Shown here: positions 36,993 through 47,188 of the stretch, in pieces
Position numbering within the stretch: position 1 is the first letter of the stretch
How the letters are laid out: each line of letters opens with the position of its first letter
Virus record (IMG/VR): IMGVR_UViG_2898748948_000001
DNA from: an uncultured virus (IMG/VR IMGVR_UViG_2898748948_000001)
Lineage: Duplodnaviria > Heunggongvirae > Uroviricota > Caudoviricetes
Length of the DNA stretch: 64,000 nt
Strand: one strand, 5' to 3'
The notes under the pieces: model-generated
Told to the model about the DNA's origin: nothing
The model's input: the letters and a program-made list of their open reading frames with translations, nothing else
The model's database searches: none
Position numbers and translations under genes: made by a program

Positions 36993-39900
36993 TCAAGGGG
37001 CTGTGGTGCCCCCTTGCGCTTCCGCCAAAGACTGCCGCACGTTCGCGCGAATGGACTTCGGAGCGGCTGCCGCAACACGCTCGGCCTTGGTCTGGCGCAT
37101 CTTGATCACCCGCTGACGCACCGAGCGCCTGTCAATAAACACCGGGCTTTCCGGGTTTCGACGGTTCCAGGCCTGCTGGCGCTCACGAATCTCGGCCTGG
37201 CGCTCCACGTCCTTGTCATAGACGGCCTGGGCCATGTCTGCAGTCAGGCGCTCCTTCATGGCGCGGTTCTGCCCGATCAGGTTCTGCTCGGTGGCCGTGG
37301 CCTCCTGCGTCTCCGCAACGGACTTGGGCTGGAAGCCGACAGCCTTTGCCACTGCCTCGCCCAGCGTCACATCGATCACCTTTCGGCCCTTGCTGTCCTT
37401 GTAGATCCCGCTGTCGGCCATATCCACGCCCTTAGCCAGATTGCGCACGGCAGTGGGCGATACCTCGAGAGCAGCGCCAGCAATATCCCCGGTGAGCGCC
37501 TTGCGGGCGCCTGTGGCGGCACGCTGGATCAAGTCACCCGCCGGTCCGATGATCTCCAGCATGTCCCGGCTGTGGTCGCGCTTCTCGAGGAACAGGCCGG
37601 TACCGGGGATGAGGTTGCCCATGCCCAGCCGTCCGGAAATGTCCACCGGCGCGCCAGGCAGACCCGACACACCCTGCTCGATGAAGTCGGCCAGCTCCTT
37701 GCCCAGCACGTCCTGCATCAGCTGCTTGCGCCACTGCTTGACGCTCATGCTGTAGCCCATCAGTTGCCCGCCGGCATCAATCAGATCTTCGATGTCTTCA
37801 GCGAACGGCAGGCCGCCCGCACCGCCCATCAGCATCAGCATGGCGATTGACCAGCCTACCGCGCGCTTGCCCTCCTTGCCGCCCTGTGTCCACATGCGCT
37901 GCATCAGCTCCAGATAGGACACGCTATAGGTCTTGAAGGTGAACAGCGTGCCCCCGATGGTTCCCCGTGCCCATTGCGGTTTCACTGCCTTGGAATAGAC
38001 AAACTGCGTATCCAGAACCGCCTTGCGCGCGAATGCAGAAGGGTTCTGAATGCCCTGCTCTTTCGCCAGACGGTAAGAGGCAATGAAGGTGCTGCGGCGG
38101 TTGAACTGCTCAGCCAGGGCAAAGGGCTGACCCCAGGCCACCTTGGTGCGCTCCCATGCATTGGCAACTGTTGCTCGAGCATTCCCTGCAGCCGTCCCAT
38201 CACCAGCTCGCAGCGCTCCGGAGCCGCGGGCCTGCGACATCAGCTGATGGATTTCCTGGGGGCTGACCACACCATCGTCTTCGGCAGACTGCAAGGCCTT
38301 GGCCAGGTCGGCCTCGTACTGGAAGCCCTTGGTACCCATGTCCTTGAGCGCGCGGGCCAGCTGCGCACCGGCCTTCTTCATGCCACCGTACTGACTCAGC
38401 CATGGCAGCGTCACCTGGAAAGGCTGGGTCATGTTCACGAATGCAGAGGCCAGCGAGCCGCCCAGGTACTGCGCAAACAGCATGCCGCGAACGGCCTGCC
38501 CCTCTTCCTGTGGATCCTGAATGTAGCTGCGCAGGCCCATCGCCAGATCCTTGAGCTCGCCCTGGTCCTTGGGAATGGCATTGATTGCCTTGTCCAAAGC
38601 TCCCACGTTCAAGCCAGCAGCGGCCTGGCGCGCATTGGAATAGACGAAGTTCGCCACCACCCGGCCCACATCCTCAGAAAAGCCGGCCGTGCCCTTGCGG
38701 TGGATCATCCGCTTGAGCGCGCTGTGGTTGTTCTTGGTGAGCTTCAGATACTCCTGGAATGCCTTGTCCTGGGCCGCGTTGCCTTCGGAGTCCAGGCCCA
38801 GCATGTTGCCGAACAGCTCCAGGCTCTCCGGAGTCACCCCAGCGAACAGCTTGTAAGCCTGCTGGCTCATGGTTCCCTGCTCCACCGTGGCGTCGGGGAA
38901 GGTCAAGCGGAAGTTGCGCGCGGCAGTGTTCGCCTCCCTCATCGTCTCGTACATGCCGAAATACTGGCGCTCGCCGGCGGCGTCCACCACGTCCACCGTG
39001 TAGCGCCCGAAGCGCGACAGGGGGGCATAGCCGGATTCCTGCAGAGCCTTGGCATCCTCCAGGCGCTTGCGGATCTGCTGCATCTGCAATGCCAGGCGGT
39101 CGCGGTTGTCGGGCACAGCCTTGGCGTCCTGCTCCAGCATGTCCAGCAGCAGCTGGCCCGCACTGTCCAGGGATGGCTGCTCGAGCATGGCACCACGCAT
39201 GGCGGCATATCCATCGCCCAGGGTTCGCATCATGTCGGCGCGGGCCGTCATGTCGATGGAGCGATCAATGGCCGCGCGCGCCTCGCGGTACAGGCTGATT
39301 TGATCAGCGGTCGCGCCGAATTGCGATTGCAGCTCGCCATCGCTCCAAACCACGCCAGCCTTAAGAATCTTGCTCTCAAAACGGGAGTTGATCATGTTTT
39401 CGTACTGCTGCGCGGGCAGGCCTTGCCACATGGCGAGCACGCCGGCGTCGATCCGGTTGGCCTTGAGCAGCATGGCCGCCTTGTTGTGCGCGCTCAGGTT
39501 GGCGTACTTCTTGGCCAGATCCTCCACCAGTACGGCCTGGCCGTTGAGGTCGCGGCCCCACAACAAGGTCCCCTCAAACAGAGGGCGGGCCACGGCCTTG
39601 TTGTCGGCAGCAGATACGGGGCGCTTGCGGTTCTTGCCCAGGATGTCGCCCATGCTGTCGACTCGAGGAAGGATGCGCGGCGCCTGGTCGGCTGCGTCGT
39701 TGGCGAGCATGCTCACATCGTCGATGTTCTGCTGCGCGGATTCGTAGACGGGCTTGAAAAACGGATTGCGCTCGGCCAGGTGGCGCATGGTGCCCACGGT
39801 CTTGTCCCACATGGAGACTTTGCCGGGGTGGCTCAGGATGTTGTCGAGCTGGGAAAGCGCGCTGCCCTTGATGTCGGCCAGGCGCGAGCGGCTGAAGAGT

Positions 39901-42900
39901 GGCCCGTCCTCTAGTGAGCCTGGGTCAGCATTTCCTTGATCTTCGCCAGAGCGGCCTCGGTGTCCTTCTGCAGAGATTCGATCTCGGAGTCGGTCAGCCG
40001 GTTCGTAGCGCGCGAGGTAGCGGGCTTCCGACTCGGTGAGCGAGTCGAAGCCGTAGCCGGTGGCGGCGCGGAATTCGTTTTCGAGGTCACCATGTTTTTG
40101 TCGGAGAGAAGCCAGAGATTCTGTTGTGGGCTGAATTTTTGCACTGTACTGCTTGCCGGTCAATGCAATGACCCCGGCCACGGTCCCGCCACCTTCCCGA
40201 ATATGGCTGGCCAGCGCCGCGAACGTGCCGCCCTGGGTCAGGGTGTCGTCCACCAGCAGATAGGGCTTGGCTTCCACCGCGCCGGCGAAGTCCACGGGTG
40301 CAAAGATGCGATCCAGCCCATCCATGCCAGTACGGTGAGCCCGATTGGCCTGCACGATGGCGCCAGAAGTGGAGAGCCCAAGTCGCTGGGCCAGCACGCC
40401 GGCCGCTGCCACAGGGATTCTGTTGCGCCCAGTAGCCTCCTCGGCCGCCACTGGCACCACCACGGGCTTGGAGTCCCCAATCGCAGCCCGCACCTTAGCC
40501 ACCAGCTCGGGAGTCACAATGTCTTGAGCCAGGCGAAAGGCGGCCTCGATGTCCCCGGCCTTGGCGGCAGCATAGTCGGGGTGCGATGAGGCAGAGCCCA
40601 GAGTGCTGCCGATGATGGCATCCGGCATGCTGGTCGCGCTGGTGCGGCTGAATGCAATGTCGCGCGCCATTCCAGCGCCAGCACCACGCTCCACCCAGCC
40701 CCGTGCGGGCAGGATATAGGCTCGAATGAGCTCGTCATCTGTCACCCGCATTCCCTTGAAGCCGGGCACATGCTGGCGCAGCCAGGAGCGGATCGCAGCC
40801 ACTGCTCGGCGCACAAAACCCATTTCCGGGCGGGTCTGCGCCCATTCGGCCAGCACCTCCTCGGCCGCCTGAAGGCGGTGCGCCGGCTTGTCGTAGTCCA
40901 GACCATACTCGGCCGCCTTGCGGCGCACGTCACCACGGCGCACAGCCACGATCTGCTCGAGCACGCTATCCAGGCCGGTACCGAACACGCCGCGCAGGCC
41001 ATGGTGGCCCAGCGCCTCGTGCATCAGCACCCGGGCCACATCCTTGTCAGTGTGCAGCTGGCTGGCCAGCAGATAGGCCTTTCCTCCGTAGAAGAAGCCC
41101 TCGGGGTCACCATCAGCCCCACCACTGCGCTGTGCCTGGTCAGCACGGCGCGCAGCTGCTGGGATTGCGGGGTCCGCCATGTCGTACACCACCGTGACCT
41201 CGGGGCCATTGGCCCATCCCGTGCGAATGGCATCCACGGTCTTCTGTACAGCGCTCACCGCTTCCGCCCGGGCCTGGGCCACGGGCTGACCGTCGTTCAT
41301 GGCCTGCAGGAAGCCGTCCACATCGAAATCAGCATCAGCCTCCTGGCGGCGGAAACGGGTATCACTGTCTCCAGCCGCTGGGGTGGTGGGTTTGTCGATG
41401 ACCACCATGCGAGCTGCCACACTGGTGTTCACGGGCAGGCTCGGGTCCATGAAAGAGCCATCAGGCAGGCGCTCGCTGGTCGCGCCCAGATCGTCCAGCC
41501 ATGTACGGAAACTCTCGGCGGCCTTGTTTCCGTGGAAGAAAGCCCCCTCACCCATGATCGCCACCAGGCGGCCACCGGGGCGCAGCAACTCATAGGCATG
41601 GCGCACATGCTGAATGTCTCGGTCCTTCGAGAACGGCGGGTTCATGATGATGCGGTCATATCCGCTATCACTGTCGCGCTGCTCCACCCCAGTCAATTCG
41701 CCACGGTCCACCCAAGTGGCTTTTTGAGCATCAGGCTTACCGTCTGCATCCAAGGGATGGAAGCCCACGCGGTCGCTGCCCATGCCACGGGATCCACGCA
41801 TAACCCCCAGACGGCCCTCTGTGTCGCGGAACACATCACCGTAGGTGAAGCCGTCGCGCGGCCGCATCTCGGTGAAGTCGCTACCCACCAAGCTGTATCC
41901 CTTGGCTTCAAGCAACTCGCGGCGCTCGCCCGACATCTCAACCACATCGGGCTCAACTCCAGCGCGCTCCCGGATGGCGTCGGCAATATGGCCCATGCCG
42001 GCAGATGGCTCCAGCACTGCCATGCCTGGCTCAATTTCTGCCGCGGCCAACATGCTGTCCACCACGGCCTCACTGGTGGGGAAGAAGTCCAGACCATCAG
42101 CTCGGCGGCCAATCAAAGCACGCTCCATCTGCTTGATCTTGTCGGGAGTGGCAATGGCCTCTTGCACGCCGGCGAACTCGCGCAGCGCAGAGCGGTACTC
42201 GCTTCCCGTGGAAATGCCCATGCTCTCCAGACGCTGGCGCTTCTTGAAAGCCGACTCGAGTTGCCAGGGCAAGCGAATCTCCGACTTTGCCCGGCGGCCC
42301 ACGGCCTCCACCAGCTCCCGCCCAAAATCGCTCGTCAGCGTGATGCGCTTGTCGTCATCCCCGGACCAGAGGCCCTGCTTCATGGCTTCGGCCGGCGCCA
42401 GCACCACCCGGTTCTGCCCGCGCTTGATTGGCAGCACGATGGCCCGGTCTGCAATCCCAGAGCGGCGAATGGCTCTCTCGGCAGCATCATTGCTGGCAAA
42501 GTCGGCCATTTCCCCGGCATGGCCGAAGCGTGAAACCTGCAACAAATTCGCCTTGGCCCAGTCGGTATAAGCCTCGCTCACATCATTGGCAACAGCCATC
42601 AGACGGGCGCCCAACTTCTTGGTGCCGTCCCGGTCCTGCAGTTGCCGCCCCAGCGCGGCCAGGTCGGAGCGCATGGCTGTGTAGCTGGGGAAGTCGGCAA
42701 AGTCCACAGTTTCGGCATCCATGGGCTCCCCACGGTGGCGCTCCTGCTCGGCGTAGGTCTTGTACTTGCTGCGCAGTTGGGCCTCCTTGGCGGTGCGCAG
42801 CTCGCCGGTCAGAAACTCGACCTGCACCTTTTGGCGCACAGCATCCAAAAACTTGGCCTTGCCGTCCTCAATGGACTGGGCCAGGTTCTCCATGGTGCCG

Positions 42901-45900
42901 GCCATGGCCTTGTCGGCCCGGGCTGCAGCCTCGGCGCTGGCCGCCATCGCAGCACGGCGGTGGGTATTGGCCTTGCGATCACGAGACAGAGACTCGTCTG
43001 CACGCTCGTGCAGTGCTGCAGCCATTGTGCGCAGGCGCTGGGCTGCGGATTGGCTGCGGTCGTCCTCGAATGCATCACGGCGCGCGGCGGCCACAGACTG
43101 AGCATCCCCAGTATCCCCGGCAACCAGCTTCTTGAAGGCTTCGGCGGCATCCTTGGTGCGGAATTGGAACCCTGGTACTGCCCCGTTGCCTCGGTAGCTG
43201 CTGTAGCTGCCGCCCATGCGCCGGGCAGATGCGTTCAGGGTGTCATAGTCCTCGCGGTCCACGCGCTCGGCCAGCTGCACCACAAACAGGTCATGCCCGT
43301 GCTTGGTGTGCTTTGTCTCGATCACGTCACCAGCCGTGGTCTGCCCTGCGCTGGCCACTTCGGTGCGCCGTTTGGCCTTTGTTGCCTCCCTGGCACTGCG
43401 CGTGCTTTCGGCCTCCAGGGCGTCGTAACGTGCACGCTGCTCAGCGGTCAGTTTGAGGAAAGCGTCCTGGCGGCTATCGCCTTTGGCAACGTGGTGGCGC
43501 ATGACCGCATGGAAATCCTCCAGCGTCTGGGGGTCGGCCAGCACCTTGGCCTGTGCTTCACTGCGAGCTTTATCGTCGGCACGGGATTTCTCAATGGCTT
43601 TGGCATGAGAGCTGATGTCCTCGTCGGTGAGGCTGTCCACCAGGTCGCGCAGTGCCTGTGCCTTGATCTTCTTGTGCTTGGCAATGCCTTCCATGGTTGC
43701 CATGTAACTGGATGGGCCATAGTTGCGGCCCAACGAAAACTCATCGAGGACGCGGCTTGCCAGGGCCTCCACAATCTCCTCCTTGCGGTCGTCCTTGTGG
43801 CGGTAGGCAAAGGACATGCCGCCCGTGCGCAGCAGCTCTGCCTTCTTCATGGTGCCCAGCTCGGCGGTCAAGGCCTCGCGGGCGCCCTCTGTGCGCTTGA
43901 AGCCCTCGCGCAACTCTGCGGCCGTGGCCTTTCCCTCGCGCACTCGGCGCATGAGCGCAATGTGAGCCTCCAGTGTGGGCTGCTTTGATGCAGTTGCTGC
44001 CGGGCTGGCGCTGCCCGGAGTCTGGGCGGGCGCTGGCTCTGCACGGGCCACCGGGCCCGCCTTCATCTCGCGCGGCTGCGGATCTGTGCCGTGCACGCGC
44101 TCCTGTTCCCCCTCGTCAGCCACCCAAGAATCACCATCCTTGCGCACAGCTTGGACTTTGACACTCCAGCGGCCTTCCGAGTCCGGAGGAGTGTAGGCAA
44201 TCACCCGGTCATGCCCGCTGTAACTCTTGACGATGTTGCCAGGGGTGAAATAGTCGGCACGCGCCTTCTCCGCGTCACCAGCCTGGGCCGCGCGGGGCTT
44301 GCGCGCCGGCGTTGACTTTGCAGCCGGTGCCAGCTCATCAGCCGTTGTTGAGTAGCCTGTGGCCAGCGCGTTATCCCCACGAACAACCACACGGCCCGAG
44401 TCCGAGATGCTCTCTACGGTGCCGCTGTTGCCTTGATAGAGTCCGCTGGTGATTTCCACTGCTGCTCCCACCGACGGAGTGAATGTCCCGCCGGTCCCAC
44501 TATCTGCAGTCTTTGAATCGACAGCGCCGCCACTGGTGCTGCTGCTGGGAAATTCGTGGGCAGCCTCCAGCAATTGCTCGATGGGAGCATCCAGGCGGAT
44601 CGTCTTCACGTCCTTACCCTGCTCGCGCGCTGCCATCCATTGGTGGTGGCCGTCCAGCACATGGCCGTCTTGGGAAACCAGAATGGAGCGGTCGCCGCCC
44701 TCGTAGCCCAGAGCCTTTTTCACCTTCTCGCGCGAAAACTCGGCCTGCGTGGGCTTCAAGCTCGCGGCAGGCACGGTTTCCTCCTGGTGGGCAATGCCAC
44801 GGGCGTTCATGAAATTGACCATGGCACCACGGTGCTCGGCCTTGATCTGGGGCATCTGGGCGCGGGGCACAGCCTTGGTACCAGATTCGGGGGCGAATGC
44901 GGCCCAGCCGTTGCCCAGGTCCTTGCCCTCAATTGGCTTTTCTTCGGAGTTCTTTTGCTGCTGTTCTGTCGAAGCTACTGAATTCATAGCACTCAGCACC
45001 TTTTCTCGGTTGCCGGCGCTCATCTTTTCCCAGGCCTTGCCCTCCAGGTTCTGACGAATGACATTCGCCATCTTGGGCACGGCCGCGAGCACGGCGCGCT
45101 GCGCATCGGGCTGCATGGCATCCCATCGAGCGCCTGCGTCATGGTCGGCCTGGGCCACTTGCTGGCGCTGGGCGTTGCCCTCACGGGCGATTTCCTCGGC
45201 CTTGGCCATTGCCTCCTGCGGGGCCGGGGTCGCCACCTTGCGCGCAGTGGGCGCGGGGCTGTCCGCGAGCTGCACCTGGCGCACGACATAGCCGCCCTCC
45301 ACCTTCACAGGCTCCCATCCAGCGCCAGCCGCCTGGGCCGCCTTCACGGCGGGCAGCTTCACTGTGAACGGCTTGCCCTGTTTGTTCAGGATGTCGGGGG
45401 CGGTCTGGGCCACGCGCGCGGCGCGGTCTTGCTGCGCGGCCAGCTGTGCCTGTGCATTACCTTCGCCTTCAACCTGGTCGACCTGCGCCCGGGCTGCTGC
45501 CGCCTCCTGCTGCGCCTGCTGGATGTTTTTCAGCCGGCGCTGCTCGTTCGCCTCCTGAATGTCTGCCGGGCCGCCATTGGCCGCATGTTCTGGCAGCTCC
45601 GTGGGGTTGGGTCGGTACTCACGTCCAGCCCAATCGGCAGCGCGGGCGTCTGCTTCTGCTGCTTGGTCCTGCAGGTCAGCCATACGCTGAGCCGGCGAGA
45701 GCAGATCCAGCTCCTGCTGCAAGGCTGTACGCTGGGCCAGTGCCTCGTTGGTCCAGCCCTGGCTGCGCCCCATCTGGGCCAAGAAATCCAGATGCTCCTG
45801 GATCTGGCCGACGCGGGCCTCTGGGGAAATCTCCCCCGTCTCCATGTCTGCGCCTTCAGTGGGCTGGGCTGACTGTTGCTGTTCCTGCGTCTCAGCGGCT

Positions 45901-47177
45901 GTTGTCAAGGGAGCTGCCTGCTGGGTCACTGCGGCTAGGTTGGCCGCGCGGGACAGCGCGCCGCGCTCTGGTACGACCTGCACAGGGGCGCCTAAGCCCT
46001 CGCGGCTCAAGGCCACCTCGTCCAGCAGACCAATAGGCGTCACGCCCTTGCGCTGCAGTGCATCCATGTCCAGGATGGGGCTGACGTTGCTCTGCCCCGT
46101 GCGGTCGGCCTGCAACTGCGCCAGCAGCGCCAACTGATCAGGCGAAGCCGTGCCATTTGATACAGAGTCGATAGCGGCTTGTGCCTGCTCCACAGTCAGC
46201 TGCGGCTGGTTGATGGCTGCATCCAGGGCGGTACCCGTGACGGGCCCATGGCCGCCGGTCAGCAGCGAAGTGCCCGCGCCCGTCATGCCGCCCAGCGCAG
46301 CGCCCATGCCCGCGGCAGCGGCCACCCCCTTGGACGGGTCGATGCTCGGATCAAAGGGAATAGCCGCGCGCTGGCCCTCGTATTGGGTAACACCTTCTTC
46401 CACGGCCTCCTGGGCGGCTTCGCTCAGGCCGGTCTTGGCAGCACGCGCAGCAGCGCCACCGCCGAATCCCTTGGCACCCGCCAGCAGCTTTTCCGCACCG
46501 AAAGCGCCACCTGCACCGCCCACCAAGGCCGGAATTACGCTGGCTTGGCGTGCTGCAGCCGTTGCCTCTTCCTCCGTTGCCCCCGCCTTGATAGCCAGGT
46601 CATAGGCGGTACCGGCAGCATCACCACCAGCCATGGCAGCGCCAGCAGCAACACCACCGGCCCGGCCAGCACGCTCGATGCCCTTGGCGCCCACGCCAGC
46701 AGCACGGGCAGCCATGCCTGCCCCCTTGACCGCAGCACCAGGTCCCACAAAGGAACCTGCAGCTTGCGCGGCAGCCAGCAGCGGGTTCTCGACGATGTAG
46801 CCGCCCACAGCCCCCAGCTCGCCCATCACCCCATCGGCGTTTGCCACCCCCTCACGGAATTTCTTCTTCGAGGCCTTGACCACATCGCTCTGGGCCTCTT
46901 CGCCGGCCTGGATGATGTTCTTGTCAATCCAGCCCGATACCGCGTTGCCGGGCTTGATGAAGTTGGCAGCAGACGACAGGCCACCGGCGGCCGCATTGGC
47001 TGCCTCGATTACGGTGTCATTGGCCACGGACATCAGGCCGCGACTCTTGGGCGGTTCATCGGCCGCGGGCGCAGCACCAGGCGTGAACGGACTCACATAG
47101 CCTGCACCGATGCCGGCGGCGTCCAGATCGTCGAAGGAGCTGAGCGCGCGAGGTTGGGGGGTCTTTTTCTTGGCCAT
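36993..47177 (-). CDS. 3394-aa large polyvalent (internal virion) protein
   Basis: ParB-like LDGHHQW, amino-MTase (LEPSAGMG, NPPF), HEALGHHG metallopeptidase-like, LLVDDTLTQGGT PRTase, PLSRFG domain. Confidence 0.88.
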   Translation of the reverse strand: MAKKKTPQPRALSSFDDLDAAGIGAGYVSPFTPGAAPAADEPPKSRGLMSVANDTVIEAANAAAGGLSSAANFIKPGNAVSGWIDKNIIQAGEEAQSDVVKASKKKFREGVANADGVMGELGAVGGYIVENPLLAAAQAAGSFVGPGAAVKGAGMAARAAGVGAKGIERAGRAGGVAAGAAMAGGDAAGTAYDLAIKAGATEEEATAAARQASVIPALVGGAGGAFGAEKLLAGAKGFGGGAAARAAKTGLSEAAQEAVEEGVTQYEGQRAAIPFDPSIDPSKGVAAAAGMGAALGGMTGAGTSLLTGGHGPVTGTALDAAINQPQLTVEQAQAAIDSVSNGTASPDQLALLAQLQADRTGQSNVSPILDMDALQRKGVTPIGLLDEVALSREGLGAPVQVVPERGALSRAANLAAVTQQAAPLTTAAETQEQQQSAQPTEGADMETGEISPEARVGQIQEHLDFLAQMGRSQGWTNEALAQRTALQQELDLLSPAQRMADLQDQAAEADARAADWAGREYRPNPTELPEHAANGGPADIQEANEQRRLKNIQQAQQEAAAARAQVDQVEGEGNAQAQLAAQQDRAARVAQTAPDILNKQGKPFTVKLPAVKAAQAAGAGWEPVKVEGGYVVRQVQLADSPAPTARKVATPAPQEAMAKAEEIAREGNAQRQQVAQADHDAGARWDAMQPDAQRAVLAAVPKMANVIRQNLEGKAWEKMSAGNREKVLSAMNSVASTEQQQKNSEEKPIEGKDLGNGWAAFAPESGTKAVPRAQMPQIKAEHRGAMVNFMNARGIAHQEETVPAASLKPTQAEFSREKVKKALGYEGGDRSILVSQDGHVLDGHHQWMAAREQGKDVKTIRLDAPIEQLLEAAHEFPSSSTSGGAVDSKTADSGTGGTFTPSVGAAVEITSGLYQGNSGTVESISDSGRVVVRGDNALATGYSTTADELAPAAKSTPARKPRAAQAGDAEKARADYFTPGNIVKSYSGHDRVIAYTPPDSEGRWSVKVQAVRKDGDSWVADEGEQERVHGTDPQPREMKAGPVARAEPAPAQTPGSASPAATASKQPTLEAHIALMRRVREGKATAAELREGFKRTEGAREALTAELGTMKKAELLRTGGMSFAYRHKDDRKEEIVEALASRVLDEFSLGRNYGPSSYMATMEGIAKHKKIKAQALRDLVDSLTDEDISSHAKAIEKSRADDKARSEAQAKVLADPQTLEDFHAVMRHHVAKGDSRQDAFLKLTAEQRARYDALEAESTRSAREATKAKRRTEVASAGQTTAGDVIETKHTKHGHDLFVVQLAERVDREDYDTLNASARRMGGSYSSYRGNGAVPGFQFRTKDAAEAFKKLVAGDTGDAQSVAAARRDAFEDDRSQSAAQRLRTMAAALHERADESLSRDRKANTHRRAAMAASAEAAARADKAMAGTMENLAQSIEDGKAKFLDAVRQKVQVEFLTGELRTAKEAQLRSKYKTYAEQERHRGEPMDAETVDFADFPSYTAMRSDLAALGRQLQDRDGTKKLGARLMAVANDVSEAYTDWAKANLLQVSRFGHAGEMADFASNDAAERAIRRSGIADRAIVLPIKRGQNRVVLAPAEAMKQGLWSGDDDKRITLTSDFGRELVEAVGRRAKSEIRLPWQLESAFKKRQRLESMGISTGSEYRSALREFAGVQEAIATPDKIKQMERALIGRRADGLDFFPTSEAVVDSMLAAAEIEPGMAVLEPSAGMGHIADAIRERAGVEPDVVEMSGERRELLEAKGYSLVGSDFTEMRPRDGFTYGDVFRDTEGRLGVMRGSRGMGSDRVGFHPLDADGKPDAQKATWVDRGELTGVEQRDSDSGYDRIIMNPPFSKDRDIQHVRHAYELLRPGGRLVAIMGEGAFFHGNKAAESFRTWLDDLGATSERLPDGSFMDPSLPVNTSVAARMVVIDKPTTPAAGDSDTRFRRQEADADFDVDGFLQAMNDGQPVAQARAEAVSAVQKTVDAIRTGWANGPEVTVVYDMADPAIPAAARRADQAQRSGGADGDPEGFFYGGKAYLLASQLHTDKDVARVLMHEALGHHGLRGVFGTGLDSVLEQIVAVRRGDVRRKAAEYGLDYDKPAHRLQAAEEVLAEWAQTRPEMGFVRRAVAAIRSWLRQHVPGFKGMRVTDDELIRAYILPARGWVERGAGAGMARDIAFSRTSATSMPDAIIGSTLGSASSHPDYAAAKAGDIEAAFRLAQDIVTPELVAKVRAAIGDSKPVVVPVAAEEATGRNRIPVAAAGVLAQRLGLSTSGAIVQANRAHRTGMDGLDRIFAPVDFAGAVEAKPYLLVDDTLTQGGTFAALASHIREGGGTVAGVIALTGKQYSAKIQPTTESLASLRQKHGDLENEFRAATGYGFDSLTESEARYLARYEPADRLRDRISAEGHRGRSGEDQGNADPGSLEDGPLFSRSRLADIKGSALSQLDNILSHPGKVSMWDKTVGTMRHLAERNPFFKPVYESAQQNIDDVSMLANDAADQAPRILPRVDSMGDILGKNRKRPVSAADNKAVARPLFEGTLLWGRDLNGQAVLVEDLAKKYANLSAHNKAAMLLKANRIDAGVLAMWQGLPAQQYENMINSRFESKILKAGVVWSDGELQSQFGATADQISLYREARAAIDRSIDMTARADMMRTLGDGYAAMRGAMLEQPSLDSAGQLLLDMLEQDAKAVPDNRDRLALQMQQIRKRLEDAKALQESGYAPLSRFGRYTVDVVDAAGERQYFGMYETMREANTAARNFRLTFPDATVEQGTMSQQAYKLFAGVTPESLELFGNMLGLDSEGNAAQDKAFQEYLKLTKNNHSALKRMIHRKGTAGFSEDVGRVVANFVYSNARQAAAGLNVGALDKAINAIPKDQGELKDLAMGLRSYIQDPQEEGQAVRGMLFAQYLGGSLASAFVNMTQPFQVTLPWLSQYGGMKKAGAQLARALKDMGTKGFQYEADLAKALQSAEDDGVVSPQEIHQLMSQARGSGALRAGDGTAAGNARATVANAWERTKVAWGQPFALAEQFNRRSTFIASYRLAKEQGIQNPSAFARKAVLDTQFVYSKAVKPQWARGTIGGTLFTFKTYSVSYLELMQRMWTQGGKEGKRAVGWSIAMLMLMGGAGGLPFAEDIEDLIDAGGQLMGYSMSVKQWRKQLMQDVLGKELADFIEQGVSGLPGAPVDISGRLGMGNLIPGTGLFLEKRDHSRDMLEIIGPAGDLIQRAATGARKALTGDIAGAALEVSPTAVRNLAKGVDMADSGIYKDSKGRKVIDVTLGEAVAKAVGFQPKSVAETQEATATEQNLIGQNRAMKERLTADMAQAVYDKDVERQAEIRERQQAWNRRNPESPVFIDRRSVRQRVIKMRQTKAERVAAAAPKSIRANVRQSLAEAQGGTTAP

Positions 47178-47188
47178 ATTGTGATTCC

